DNA of 64,000 nucleotides from Mobula hypostoma (taxonomy: Eukaryota), in assembly GCF_963921235.1 (NCBI RefSeq), contig NC_086109.1, forward strand, positions 30,382,001-30,446,000, read 5' to 3'. Positions 38,069 to 52,496 of this stretch are shown piece by piece (position 1 is the stretch's first letter; each line of letters begins with the position of its first letter). The translations under genes and the position numbers were made by a program. The notes under the pieces are model-generated. The model did not search any database. It was not told where the DNA came from and saw nothing but the letters and a program-made list of their open reading frames with translations.

Positions 38069-39102
38069 ACCCATGTAAAGGGTTAATCTTAAACTAACTT
38101 GTTTGGGTGAAAGCAAGCTTTTTAATCAGAATCCTATTTTACAATTTGCCTCATTTCACTTTGTTAAACCAAGTAAAGAACAAAATGAATGATCATCGGT
38201 TTATTGCTCTGCAGATTAGGCTAACATCATAAATCTCTGTCTGATCCTAATTTAATGCCAGTTTAATATAAACTAGTAACTTTTTTTTCTGCTTTGATTT
38301 GTCGAGTGCAATAAATTTATTGAAAATTGCTAGTCTGTAAAACATAATATTCACTGGTACAGTGATGTATCTTTGAAACATAGTCAAAATTATTCTATTT
38401 TGGATAAATATCTTACTAATTTTAGTGAAATTCTTAGACCAGGAAGTGGTCGGTAACTATAGTATGTAGCTTCCTCAACTTTGTGTATTTGCCTTGAAAA
38501 ACACAACAATGTACATGTTGATGAATTGATAGCTTCTTGCTTTCTGGGGTTTAGATTTGACTTTTAATTCCAATAGCATGTCAAAATTAATAGTGGATAA
38601 ACACCCCATTTACATTCTTCATGTTTTATCTATGAAATTCACCTGTTGTGATTTAATGTGATTCTGAATCACCCCTCTAAAGATAAAACTAAAGTAATGT
38701 TACAGTCCATAAAATGTGCTTTAATGCTCTCTGCAATATTGTTCTACCATGATAATGAGTTTAAATGTAAAGGACAAGATGTACCGATATAAGGTCTTCT
38801 CTAAAACATTTGAGAATCTGCCAGGATTGAATGAAGTCTGTGCTTGCTCTAATTGTTTCTCAGTGTTATCCTCTTGCAATGATGGAAGGTTGCTCAATTA
38901 TCATTGATTCCAAGAGACACTTAAAAATCTCTGAATATGAATGAATCTGATTAATTGTTTTGGTTGAGATTCAAGCCTAAGTCTGCGAAATATGAGTGAA
39001 GAGCTCTACCATTTGAGTGTGTTGAGGGTAAAGCTCTGAATTGTATCCAATCAACTTTTTGAGTAGGTGCAGTTCAGGGTTTTTACTTCAAAGCTCTGAT
39101 GA

Positions 39103-41220
39103 CATAGAGTCACAGAGAAGTACAGCATAAAAAGAGGCTCTTTGGCCCATCTAGTCCTTGCTGAAACCATTTAAACTGTCTACTCCCAATGACCTGCACT
39201 AGGATCGTGCCCCTCCATATCCCTACTATCCATCTATTTATCCAAACTTCTCTTTAACACTGAAGTTGAGCTTGCATGGACCACTTCTGCTGGCAGCTCA
39301 TTCCGCACTCTCACAACCCTCTGAGTGAAGATGTTTCCCCTTATGTTCCCCTTAAAATTTCTCACCTTTCACCCCTAAGGCTCTGGTTGTAGTCACATCC
39401 AACCTAAGTGGGAAAAGCCTGCTTGCATTTACCCAATCTATACCCTCATAATTTTGTATCAAATTTCCTCTCAATCTTCTGCATATTGAAAAATACAATC
39501 CTAATCTATTCAATTTTTCCTTATAACTCAGGTCCTTCAGACCTGGCAACATCCTTGTAAATTTTCTCTATATTCTTTCAACCTTGTTTACATCTTTCCT
39601 GTAGGTAGGTGACCAAAACTGTGCACAGTACTCCAATTTCAGCCTCACCAATGTCTTATACAACTTCAACATAATATTCCATCTTCTGTGCTCAATAAAC
39701 ACACACAAAATGCTGGAGGATCTCAGTGGGCCAGTCAGCATTTATGGAAAAGAGTAAACAATCATTGTTTTGAGCTGAGACCCATCATCAGATCTGAACT
39801 CGATATAATGATTATATGGCCAATGTCCCAAAAGCTTTCTCTATGACCCTATCTACCTGTGACTCCACTTTCAACGAATTATGGACCTGTATTCCCAGAT
39901 CCCATTGCTCTACCACACTCCTCAGTGCCCTACCACTCACTGTGTAAGACCTACCCTGGTTGGTCCTACTGACATGCAAAACCTCACACTTGTGTGTCCT
40001 CTGCAAATTTGCTGATCCAGTTAACCACATTATCATCCAGATCATTGATAAAGATGACAAGCACCAAAGGACCCACCAACGATCCCTGTGGTATACCACT
40101 AATCACAAGCCTCCAGTCAGGAAGGCAACCCTCTATTGCCACTCTCTGGCTTTTTCCACAAAGACAATGTCTAATCCAGTTTACTACCTCATCACAATTG
40201 CAGAGTGGCTGAAACTTCTTGACCAGCCTCCCATGCAGGACCTTATCAAATGCCTCACTGAAGTTTATGTCCACTCTTTGCCTGCACCACTTTCCTGGTA
40301 ACTTCCTCAAAAAGATTGGCTACACATGACCTTACATGCACAAAGCCATGACATCTTCAAGGAGCAGTGTCTCAGAAAGGCAGCGTCCATTATTAAGAAC
40401 CTCCAGCACCCAGGGCATGCCCTTTTCTCACTGTTACCATCAGGTAGAAGGTACAGAAGCCTGAAGGCACACACTCATCGATTCAGGAACAGCTTCATCC
40501 CCTCTGTCATCCGATTTCTAAACGGACATTGAACCCTTGGACACTACCTCACTGTTTTTTTAATATCTAGTATTTCTGTTTTTTGCACGATTTTTAATCT
40601 ATTTAATATACATATACTGTATAAAGTATACTGAATAAGATTTACTTATTCATTATTATTATTTTTATTATTTTATTTCTTTTTCCTTCTATATTATGTA
40701 TCATTGTACTGCTGCTGCTGCTAAGTTAACAAATTTCAAGTCACATGCTGGTGATCATAGACCTGATTCTGATTCTGAATCTGACTATCCTTAATCAATC
40801 CATGCTTATCCAAATACTTATAGATCCAGCCCCTTAGAATACCTTCCACTAACTTTCTCACAACCGATGCCAGACTTACGGGTCTATAATTTCCTTGTTT
40901 ATGTCTTAAAGCCTTTTTTAAATAGCGGAATGACATTGGCTATCCTCCATTTCTCTGTTACATCTCCTGTTTGCTAAGGATGCTTTAAATATCTCTGCTA
41001 GGTTCCAGTAATTTCTTCATTTGCCTCCCCGTTAGGTCTGAGGGAGCACCTTGTCGGGCCCTGAGGATTTATCCATCCTGATTTGCCTCAGGGTGGAGAA
41101 CACCTCTTCCTCTGTAATCTGTACAGGGTCCATGAAGTTGATGCTGCTTTGCCTCACTTCTATAGACTCAGCATCCATCTCCCAAGTAAATACAGATGCA
41201 AAGAATTCATTTAAGACCTT
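39103..41220 (-). mobile_element. Decayed CR1 LINE ORF2 with nested PLE tail (~39697-39795) and Rex 3' end (~40348-40780)
   Basis: KSSGPD, GNYRPVSLASVV, FSEAFDKV, SGIPQGS, ISKFAEDT, LGLY...RRLRGNLI. Confidence 0.88.
40348..40780 (+). mobile_element. Rex1/Babar-type 3' end inserted in CR1
   Basis: Near reverse complement of 10179-10580 (HPGHALFSLLPSGRRYRSLKAHT); gattct tail. It splits the CR1 sequence gccatg/ctgact. Confidence 0.88.
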
Positions 41221-41463
41221 CTGTAAAAGCTTCTCGGTGTAGTAAGTATCCTGATATAGTAGGATAACATTTTTCAGGATATAACACATTTTAAGGAGGA
41301 AGTAGAAAGGAAAAGAAAAAGTGAACTAGATAAATATCAAAGATAAGCAGTAAAAGATAATGATTTAAAAGGCATTTGGACAGGATGGGAGAAGTTTGGA
41401 GAGACATAGGTCAAATGCGGGTAAATGGGACAAGCAGGCTGTAGGGTCTGTCTCTATGCTGTA

Positions 41464-41817
41464 TGTCACTATAACTGACAGCACGAGATGCACCCAACTG
41501 CAGCTGCTTCCGGGATTCGGACACTCGAACTTTCCAGAATATGGATAGCTGATGCAGGCCCTTTAAGTGCTCAGGACCATTCCGCTGATTGGCAATGATG
41601 TTTTGGGCACCAGGAATTGAGTATTTAAAGAGCACTGGAAAAAAACCTTAGTGCTCAATCGTAAGCCCAACTAGAGATATCGTATAGTTTTTTTGTTTGT
41701 ACTCAGTTCTCATTCCAGCTTTAAACTGTGCCTTGAACCTTGCCTCGGATCCTCCAGTATTTGGGTCCTTACCATCCTTGTTCAGGTCGCTCATCAGAAC
41801 ATAGCGTCCTATGATCC
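41464..41817 (+). mobile_element. Possible degenerate solo LTR
   Basis: Starts tgtcac; CCAAT-like gattgg and TATA-like tatttaaa; ends near gtcctatga. No TSD found. Confidence 0.3.
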
Positions 41818-42021
41818 CTGAATTGAATTGAGCTGACTTTATTTCTTACATCCTTCATATACATGAAGAGTAAAAATCTTTGGATCTGGGGTCCATTGAT
41901 GTCCTACCATCCTATTACTCATTTGCCATAGACCATGTAGGGATGAAAAGAAACTGGAGAAAGCAATAGGTACACTAACTTATCAGCAATAGATAATTTT
42001 GAAAGGATAGTTCAATATTCT

Positions 42022-42725
42022 TCAAAGTTCATAGTTCAAGTGCGAAGTAATTTATTATCAAAGTACCTATATGTCACCATATACTACGTTGAGATTTATT
42101 TTCTTGTGGGCGTTCACAACAGAGCAAAGAAATACAACAGAATTAATGAAAATTACACACAAAACTGACAAACAACCAATGTACAAAAGAAGCCACACTG
42201 CAAATACAAAAAAAAATTGAGAAAATAAGTTGTTGAATCCTTGAATGTGAGTCCATAAATTTTGGTTCAGTGATGAAGTGAGTGAAATTATCCAAATAAA
42301 CCAACAAAACAATTAAACTGCAAAATTTAGAGTAAGTTTTATTATCAAATTACATACATGTCACCATATGCAACCTGAGATTACGTTTCTTATAGGCATA
42401 CTCAATAAATCTAAAGAATAATAACCATAACAGAATTAATGGAAGTCTGCCCATCTAGGGCATTCAACCAGAGTGCAGATGACAACAAAGTGTGCAATTA
42501 CGAAAAGAAGAAATAGAAATAATAAATAAATAAACAATAAATATCCAGAGCATGAGATGGAGAGTCTTTGAAAGTGAGTCCATTAGTTGTGGGAACATTT
42601 CAATGATGGGGCAAGTTAAGTTGAATGAAGTTGCCCCCTTTGGTTCAAGAGCCTGGTGGTTGAGGGGTTGTAACTGTTCTTGAACCTAGTGGTGTGAGTG
42701 CTGAGGCTCTTGCACCTTCTTCCTG
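42022..42725 (-). mobile_element. Two tandem Rex1/Babar-type 3' ends
   Basis: Two copies of tttattatcaaa...atgtcaccatat...gagatt, matching 13250-13570. Confidence 0.75.
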
Positions 42726-43342
42726 AATGCTTTCTTAAGTAACCCAATAGGAAAAACAGTGTAAAAAAAAAACAAATAGGAATCAGGTTCACTCATTGAA
42801 TAAAACAGAAGTCTCTGAGGAAAAGAAACGTTGCTAAGCTTTGTATTTGGTGATGTATGGGAGAAAGTAGAGGAAGTAACAGCAGGGGAGCTTCTTAGCC
42901 ATGATCACATCAGAGTTCAAAACTGGAATTATGGGTGGCACAAGATTAAACATCAATAAAAAGAGAATTATGAAGAAACAAGACTATAGCAAATGATTTA
43001 ACTGGAGACAGTAACTATAAAAACAAAAAGTATGAGAAATATGTCCTGATAAGTGTCGTTAAGATCATGATGGCTGATTTTGCAGAGAAAGCTCAGCATT
43101 TCCCAGAGAATCTCTGGGATTACAATGTGAAGTAAACCCAGTGATCTTAGAAAACTATTCATTGTTCTTTATCAAAATCCATTTTGGTGCTATATTCAAG
43201 TGGAACCAGGGTAAAAGATTGAAACAAAATCAACTTCTCACATGTGGGGAATCTGCACAGATAGCTATATGTAGATGGAATATTTCTACTGGTGGGAGAA
43301 TCAAAGGCTGAAGCCATAATTAATATTTTGCTATTAATATGT

Positions 43343-46300
43343 ACGACTATTAGACATGGGAGCAGAATTAGGCCATTCAGCCAATCAAGTCTGCTCCACT
43401 ATTCCATCATGGCTTATTTATTATTCCTCTCAACCCCATTATCCTTCCTTCTCCTTTTTATCCCTGTTCTAAATGGCCGTCCCTCTATTCTGAGGCTGTG
43501 CCCTTTGGTCCTAGATCTATGACAATTGGAGATACTCTCTTCAAATCCACTCCATCTAAGTGTTTCAATTTTGGATAGGTTTCAATGAGATCTCCCCTCA
43601 TTCTTCCAACCTCCAGCGAGTAACGTCTCAGAGCTATCATATGCTCCTTATGCATTTACCCTTTCATTCCTGGAATCATTCTCATAAACCTCCTCTGGGC
43701 CAAACTGCTCACAATACTCCAGGTGAGGTCTGACCAATACCGTATACAACCTCAGCATTACATCTTGCTTTTAAAGACTATATGACCATAAGACCTAGGA
43801 GTAAAATTAGGCCTCCTGGCCCATTGAGGCTGCTCCGCCATTTCAAAATGGCAGATCTATTTTCCCTCTCTGCCCCAATCTTCTGCCTTCTCCCCATATC
43901 CCTTCATGCCCTGACTAATCATGAATCTATCAACCTCTTCCTCAAATATACTCAAAGACTTGGCCACCACAGTCACGTGTGGCTAAGAATTCCACAGATT
44001 CACCACTATCTGGCTAAAGAAATTCCTTCTCATCTACATTCTAAAAGGATGCCCCTCTATTCTGATGCTGTGTCTTCTGGTTTTAGATTTCCTCACCATA
44101 GGAAATCCTCTCCACATCCACTCTATTGACACCTTTCAATATCTGATAAGTTTCAACGAGGTCACCCATCATTCTTCTGAATTCCAATGAGTAGATGCCC
44201 AGAGATATCAAACACTCCTCATATGACAAATCTTTTAAGCCTGGAATCATTTTCGTTAACCTCCTTTGTACCCTCTGCAATATCAGCACATTCTTTCTTA
44301 TATAAAGGGCCCAAGACAGCTCAGAATACTCCAAGTGAGGCATCACCAGTGCTTTATAAAGCCTCAACATTGCATCCTTGTTTTTATATTCTAGTCCTCT
44401 TATAATGAATGCTAACATCACATTTGCTTTCCTTGCTACCATCTCAACCCGCAAATTAACCTTTAGGGAACCCTGGATGAGGACTTCCGAGTCCCTTTGC
44501 ACCTCAGATTTTTGAATTTTCTTTCCATTTAAAAATAGTCTATGCTTTTATCTCTTCTACCTAAGTACGTGATCTTACACTTCCTGACACTGTATTCAAT
44601 CTTCCACTTCCTTGCCCATTCTCCTAAACTGCCTAAGTCCTTAATAGCCTCTCTACTTCCTCGAAAATACCTTCCCTCCGCCTATCTTTGTTTCCTCTGA
44701 AAACTTGGCTACAAAGTCATCAATTCTTTCATCCAAATTATTGACACATAATGTAAAAAGAAGCAGTCCCAATACAGACCCCTGTGGAACCGACAGCCAA
44801 CCAGAAAAGGGTCCCTATATTCCCACTCTTTGCCTCCTGCCAATCAGGCAATGCTCCATCTATGCTAGTATCTTTACTGAAATACCATGAGCTCTTAATT
44901 TGTTAATTAGCCTTATGTGTGGCACCTTATCAAAGGCCTTCTGAAAGTTCAAGTGCACAACATCCACTGATTCTGTTTTGTCTATCCTGCTTGTTATTTC
45001 TTTAAAGAATTCCAACAGATTTGTCAGGCAAGATTTTCCCTTAAGGAAACCATGCTGACTACAGCTTATATTATTATCTGCCTCCAAGTATATTGAAACC
45101 ATATTCTTAACAATCAACTCCGACATATTCCCAACTATTTAGTTCAGACTAACTGGCCTATAGTTTCCTTTCTTCTGTCTCTCTCCCTTCTTGAAGGGTG
45201 GAGTGACAGATGCGATTTTCCAGTCTTCCAGAACCATTCAGAACCTAGTGATTCTTGAAAGATTATTACTAATGCCTGCACAATCTCTACAGCCACTTCT
45301 TTCAGAACCTTGGGATGGATATCATCTGGTCCAGGTGAATTATCTACCTTCAACCTTTCAGTTTCCCAAGCACCTTCTCCCTAGTAATGGCAACCTCACA
45401 CACTTATGCTTCCTGACTTCTTTAAACTTCTGGCATACTGCTGGTGTCTTCCTTAGTGAACACTGATGCAAAATACTAATTCAGTTCGTACACCATTTTG
45501 TTGACCCACATTACTGTATCTCCAGCATCATATTCCAGCGGTCCAACATCTATTCTCGCCTCTATTTTACACTTTATATATCTGAAGAAACTTGTGGTAT
45601 CCTCTTTAATATTATTGGCTAGCTTGTAAGTGGAACAAGTGCTACACATGCCCTTACACTTCCTCCCTCACCACCATTCAGGGCCCCAGACAGTCCTTCT
45701 AGGTGAGACGACACTTCCCCTGTGAGCCGGCTGGGGTGATATGCTGCGTCCAGTGCTCCCGGTGCGGCCTTCTATATATTGGCGAGACCCGACGCAGACT
45801 GGGAGACCGTTTTGCTGAACACCTACGCTCTGTCCGCCAGAGAAGGCAGGATCTCCCAGAGGCCACACATTTTAATTCCATATCCCATTCCCATTCTGAT
45901 ATGTCCATCCATGGCCTCCTCTACTGTCAAGATGAAGCCACACTCAAGTTGGAGGAACAACACCTTAAATTCCGTCTGGGTAGCTTCCAACCTGATGGCA
46001 TGAACATCAACTTCTCTAACTTCTGTAAATGCCCCTCCTCCCCTTCTTACCCCATCCCTTATTTATTTGTTTGTTCGTGTGTTTGTTTGTTTGTTTGTTT
46101 ATTTATTTATTTATTATTTTTCATTTTCTTCCCCCCTTTCTTTCTCTTGCTTTTTTCTCCCTCTGTCCCTCTCACAATATCTTCCTCTGATGCTCCCCTT
46201 CCCCTTTCTCTCTCCCTATGCCTCCTATCCCATGATCTTCTCCTTTCTCCAGCCTTGTATCCCTTTTGCCAATCAACTTTCCAGCTCTTAGCTCCATCCC

Positions 46301-47345
46301 TCTCTCTCCTGTCTTCTCCTATCATTTCGGATCTCCCCCTCCCCCTCCCACTTTCAAATCTCTTACTATCTCTTCTTTCAGTTGGTCTTGGTGAAGGGTC
46401 TTGGCCTGAAACGTTGACTGTACCTCTTCCAATAGATGCTGCCTGGCCTGCTGTGTTCCACCAGCATTTTGTGTGTGTTGCTTGAATTTCCAGCATCTGC
46501 AGATTTCCTTGTGCTTACTTTTGCATTTAATCTTTTTCTTCTTTCTGACTTTTTTGCTGTATTCTGTTGGTTTCAAAAGCTTCCCAATCCTCTAACTTCC
46601 CACCAATTATATGCCCTCTCTATGCCCTCTCTTTGGCTTTTATGTTGGCATTGACTTCTCTTGCCAGCCATGGTGGTGTCATCCTGCCTTTAGAATTCTT
46701 CTTCCTCTTTGGGATGTATATATCCTGCACCTTCTGAATTGCTCCCAGAAATTCCAGCCATTGCTGCTCTGCCAGTGTTCTTTTCCAATCAGTTTTGGTG
46801 AACTCCTCTGTCATGCCTCTGTAATTCCTTTTATTCCACTGTAATATCATTATATCTGTCCTTAGCTTCTCCCTATCAAATTGCAGGGTGAACTCTAAGA
46901 TATTATGATCACTGATTCCAAAGGGTTCCTTTACCTCAAGCTCTCTAATCAATTTCAGTTCATTGCACAACGCACAATCCAGAGTAGCTGAACCCCTAGT
47001 GGGCTCAACCATGAGGTGCTCTAAAATTCTATCTCATAGAGTTATAGTCACTCCTCTTGAAATGAATGCTTAAGTTGCATTTGGGTTCCTTACCACCAAC
47101 TCAACCTGCAAGTTAATCTTTAGGGAATTCTGAACAAGAGCTCCCAAGTCCTTTGTGCCTTTGATTTGTGTATTTCCTCCACATTTGGAAAACTCCTTCT
47201 ACCAAAGTGCATGATGAAACACTTCCTTACACTATATTCTGTCTGCCACTTCTTTGCCCATTCTTCCAATCTATCTAAGTTCTTCAATAGACACCCTGCT
47301 TCCTCAACATTACCTGCCCTTCCACCTATCTTTGTATCTTCAAAA
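43343..47345 (-). mobile_element. Cluster of CR1 LINE fragments (43343-43770, 43775-47040, 47050-47345) with a nested PLE
   Basis: VEPTRGSATLD, SDHN, SPGPDDIHPKVLKE, SQHGFLKGKSCLTNLLEFF, FQKAFDKVPH, LYKALVMPHLEYS. Confidence 0.9.
45626..46513 (+). mobile_element. 5'-truncated PLE (GIY-YIG plus tail) inserted in CR1
   Basis: GVICCVQCSRCGLLYIGETRRRLGDRFAEHLRSV...QPDGMNINFSNF; closely similar to 2636-3459. Confidence 0.92.
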
Positions 47346-49636
47346 GTGAATGGAAGGGACAGCTTGCATATCTTTTGTAAACTATTGGATGAATACGTGA
47401 GGAGAAATGGAACAGACACATGCTAGAAAAGGTGATTAAACTCAGATGGTAAAGCAGAAATAGAGATGCAGTCAAACAAATTGGTCATATAGTTTGATTC
47501 TACTGCATTCTATACATTGTATAATATGCTTCTATTAATGTTTAATACATCATATTTTGCCTGGAACAACTTGTGATGCACTTTAGTCATTTGTCTGACT
47601 TTGATATGATTTGGATTTAAATAAGAAATAGCCTTCGGTAGATCATTGATTCACTTAATATCTTACTAGGCTGCCATTGATATAACTCTTTGGTTGAATG
47701 CATGTTCATGTTAACCAGGAGCATGGTAATATAAGACTGGCCTGGTCACACCCATGACTAAAGCTTTTAATTCATTTTCCAAGACTCAATTGAAAAATTG
47801 TTAAGTACAGTATATGGTTTATGTGATGGTGAGTGGCCAATTTTTGTGATTGGACCTTATCATTGCAATATGATTTTGGATCAAAATAAATTAGTACAGG
47901 AGCCCTTCCAAAAAAATGAGTAACCAGGCACACAGGAGGTAAAATCAGCATGTTAAGAGAGAAAGGTGAAAATTTGAAATAGGGTTTACAATTTTTGTAA
48001 TATTAAAAACAAGTGGATAGATAGTAAAAAAGTGAGAGGTATTTATGATATTCCAAGTATTTCAAGATACTTTTGAACTGTTGAATGTAGATTAAAGTGC
48101 TTTTTTGAGTATCCAAATTATATGTTTTCTGCATATTTGGTCAATTTAGAGAAGTGTTTCTACTGTATTTTATCTGTTCCTCCAAATATTCTTGTTATAG
48201 CATTTCCTCATCAATAAAAATTTAGTGAAAGGCTAAAAATGAATGGGATGGAGGTCCATTGCTGCTAGTCTTCTGCTGATGTAGACTGTTACTTTCGCTG
48301 CCCAATTGCATTCTATGGATCTCCCAAGAACAATTGCTGATGGGAATGACAAATTTGTAAGAGTGATTTATCAGAGATTCAAAACCATGAATATACTATC
48401 AGCATAACGACCAGAACAAAAGAGAACTGATCCAAGTTTACCTAACAATTATTTGGAAATGTCCCCACAAGACTTAATCTTCAAGTTAATGCCCTGCATG
48501 CCGTTGCATGAATTTTCTGATTTTTTTCCATTAATAGTGGTAATAAATTTTATATATATCGTTTAATGACCACTGAAATGCTTGCTCAATTATGCCTTTC
48601 ACATTTAATTTTAGACATCTTCTGCCTTTAATTGAAACTATTATATACTATTAGCATGTGTGATTAACACATGGTTTTCAGTCAGTGGCCATGCAGAACA
48701 TTTTGAGTACTGATTCCTTTTTCAATAGAGGTGCTATATATTTTCCTTATTTATGTAGGGTAGTGAATGACATTTTATTTTCAGTTTAGCAATCAGAAGG
48801 CATTGTCTCATCTACTGATCTGTTATTTTGATTTCATTTTAGTTTTGGATCAGACATCTCTTTGGCTTCATTTGTACTAGATTGCGACAGAAAGACAATC
48901 AACAATGCAAAATATTAATAACGGGCAAAGTTAACCTTGAAAGTCATTTAATCTTTTTGCAATAATAGCTGAGACATAAAGTGTAGTGCATTTGACAAAA
49001 GTTTATTCCACTTAACCTCATGTCTTTAGTGAAAAGAATGTTTATTGAATGGAAGGGTTGATATTATTTGATAATGAAGACTGAACCTTGGTAGAAGTTC
49101 AGAAAGTCATCAATACAATTCTGCTTTCAACAGAAACATGCTCAGTCAGTTACTCTTAAGCTTTTTTTAAAAATATGTTTTTCAATGATACTGTATCTGG
49201 AATTTTTTGAAGTGTGATTGTGTACTGCTGTCTAGAAAGAGCCTACTGAAGCACAGGGGTTTAACTGGAGGACACCTCGTGCAGAGGACAAATGGCCTTA
49301 GCTCCAGTGCCCATTGGAAAATATGTCCCAGCACTTGCTTTTCTGCTCCAGATTGCAGCATTGGAAGTCTCTTGTGTCTGGAAAATACACCTTCCGGCCT
49401 GCCTGTAATTTTCAACCTAATCTCTGCCCTGTCTCTTTCAATCTCCCTTGGAAGACGTTTCTTTATGGTACTGATATACCTCAACTTGTCTTGGCCTATG
49501 ATATTATGCCATGTCCTTGGATCCTGGATTGCTATCAGAGTAGCACATTACTGCCTCTCATCCAACCTCCTGACAACATTTTTCCCAGAATTAATGGATG
49601 GACCATTAATGATGAAATACTCAGATTACAGTTGTG

Positions 49637-49895
49637 CTGAAGGGTTTCAGCCCGAAATGTCTTCTGTACTCTTTTCCATAGATGCTGCCTGGCCTGCTGA
49701 GTTCCTCCAGCATTTTCTGTGTGTGTTGCTCAGATTTCCAGCATCTGCAGAATTTTCTCTTGTTCGTTTATTTATAATTTTTTTGTAAATTCTATTGTAT
49801 TTTCCTCTGTAAGTGCCTGAAAGAAAATTAATCTCATATGTTAACATTCAGAAAATGTACTTTGATAGTAAATTGACTTTGTACTTTTGAGCTTT
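49637..49895 (+). mobile_element. PLE tail followed by a Rex-like 3' UTR end
   Basis: ctgaagggtttcagcccgaaatgtc...gatgctgcctggcctgctgagttcctccagca; then attctattgtatttt...tactttgatagtaaa. Confidence 0.7.
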
Positions 49896-50869
49896 GAATC
49901 TTGAGCAGACCCCAGCTAATTTAATATAGGTCTGCTTCAGTTACTGAACTCTTTTTCTGAAACTTGTCTGCTCTGCCACCTGATTATCAACCATTAACCA
50001 CTGATCAAAGACTCAGTGCAAGCCCTACTGAAAACTGTAGATCCTCAACTCACTAATCACCTACAATTTCAATCCAGCTATCAGTGTAATCTGAGTAATT
50101 CACCCAATTGTAGACCCACGCTCAGACATACAAGAGACTGCAGATATTGCAAACTGGAGAGAGATACCATCTGCTTGAGGAACTCAGTGAGCCAAACAGC
50201 GTCTAACGAAGGAGAGAGGAGGGAAGGAATTATTAACATTTCAGATCAATTCCTTCTAATCCTACCTCTGCCCTATCCACCACAGTTGCCACTTGACCTG
50301 CTGTGATTGTTATTTCATACTGAGTCTCATGTGATTTCATTTCCACTGCCTCTGAGCTGGATCAATGTGAGCAATGGAAGCTTTATGGACTGCAGGCTTT
50401 CCCTCATGCCCCATATTTGGTCCTAGATAGTTGCTGAATACCAAAGTGGCAGACCTTTGCCCAAAAATAATCATCGTTGCTCCATGCAGTGAGCAATTAT
50501 CATGCCTGTTCTGGAGTCAATGAATTTGCATGCAAGATTATTTCAAGTACATAAAATACTGAAGAATCTATTAAAAACTTGTAAAAACCTTCAGAAGTGT
50601 TCCTCTCCACTGAAGTGAATAGTAATTTTCTGCAGAAGGAAATCTTGTTGATTCCTCACTGTCAGTGGTGGACATTCTCCAGAATCTCAAGCTTCCTCAC
50701 CAGACTGCATGGGGAGCAGTCTGTCAGAGCGATGCTTAGAAATCAGTTGGATTACAGATCACAATTTAGAAGATTTTATATCCTGAAACGAGAGAGTTAG
50801 TCTCATTTTGTTACCCGGTTAAGTGCCACTACAATTTTCCCACTTGTGTACCTGCTTTGATACTGCAGG

Positions 50870-51415
50870 AAGACATCTTCAAACAAGAAAAAGTTCATCC
50901 CGAAGCATTTCAATTCATAGTCGGAGATTTCACTCAAGCTTGTTTAAAGAAAACCCTGCCCAATTACCATCAGCAAATAACCTGTAACATCAGAGGTCCC
51001 ATCAGAGTAGACCGCTGTTATACTAATGTAAAGAATGCCCACCATTCCATGTAAATCTAATCATTTGGGTGTCCTCCTTCCTTCATATACAGAGGCTAAA
51101 GAACAAAATTCCAGAGATTAGGACAACAAAGAGGTGGTCATAGGAGGCAGAGGAGTGGCTATGGGCTTGCTTTGAGTCAGAAGACTGGGCCATGTTCAAG
51201 GACTCATCTGTGGATCTAAATAAATACACCATGGTTGTCACAGAATCATTTAAAACAGTTGCAGACAAGTGTGCCCCCACAAAATTACTTAGAGTCTTCC
51301 CCAATCAGAAACCCTGGATGAACAAAGAGATACGTAATCTGCTGAGGCATTCAGATCTGGTGATCAAGAATGTTACAAGAGATCCAATACCATCCACAGA
51401 AAGCCGAATCCGTGG
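50870..51415 (+). mobile_element. Rex1/Babar-type LINE, endonuclease end and tether
   Basis: HPEAFQFIVGDFTQACLKKTLPNYHQQITC...VDRCYT; RVFPNQKPWMN. Confidence 0.85.
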
Positions 51416-51424
51416 TTGTGACAG

Positions 51425-52495
51425 AAGTAGCCCCACCCCCCCACAACTTCCACCCATACAGTCAATCTGCCAGAATGCTCTCCACGGTATAGCTGTAGAG
51501 TCTTTCTGGTGTTTTAGGTGACAAATCAAATCTCCTCCTCTTCCTGATGAAATATAGCTATGGTCTTGCCTTCTTTATAGCTGCATCGATATGTTGGGAG
51601 CAGGATAGATCTTGACCCCAGGAACTTGAAGTTGTTCACTTTCTCCACTTCTGGTCCCTCTATGAGGTTTGGTTCAAGTTCCCTCATCCTACACTTTCTG
51701 AAGTCAACAATTAGCTCTTTGGTCTTACTGACGTTGAGTGCAAGGTTGTTGGTATGACACCACTCGACTAGCTGGTACATCCCGCTCCTACACACCCTCT
51801 TGTCTCCTTCTGAAATTCTGCCAGTAATGATTGTATCATCAGTAAATTTATAGATAGCATTTGAGCTATGCTTAGCCACTCAAGGGTATAGAGAGAGTAG
51901 AGCAATGGGCTATCAAACATCCCGCAGGTGTGTCAGTGTTGATCATCAGCGAGGAGGAGATGTTACGACCAATCCACACAGATTATAGTCTTCTGATTAG
52001 GAAGTCAAGGATCCATTTGCAGAGGGAGGTGCAGAGGCCCATGGTCTGCAGCTCAACGATCAGGTCTATGGGAATGATAGTGTTAAATGGTCAATAAACA
52101 GCATCCTGATGTAGGTATTTGTATTGTCCAGGTGATCTAAAGCCACGTGAAGAGCTACTGAGATTGTGTCTGCCATAGACCCCTTCTGGCAATAGGCAAA
52201 TTGCATTGGGTCCAGGTCCTCACTGAGGCAGGAGTTGATTCTGGTCATGACCAACCTCTCAAAGCAGTTCATCATCATAGATTTGAGTGCTACTGGACAA
52301 TAGTCATTAAGGCAGCTCACACTACTCTACTTGGGCACTGGTATTATTATTGCCCTTTTGAAGCTGGTGGTAACTCCCGACTGTAGCAGTGAAAGGTCAA
52401 AAATGTCCTTGAATATGCAACTCAGTTGGTTGGCACAAGCTTTCAGAGCTTCACCGGGTACTCCATCAGGGCCTGCCACCTTGTGAGGGTTTGCT
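51425..52495 (-). mobile_element. Rex1/Babar-type LINE RT fragment (opposite strand)
   Basis: KVAGPDGVPG, IIPVPK, NDYCPVAL, DPMQFAY, IYKFTDDT, FKFLG. Confidence 0.88.
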
Positions 52496-52496
52496 T

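Noticed and set aside
49207..49788. 193-aa ORF
   Set aside because: TTG start, no recognisable domain, and the C-terminus runs through a PLE tail
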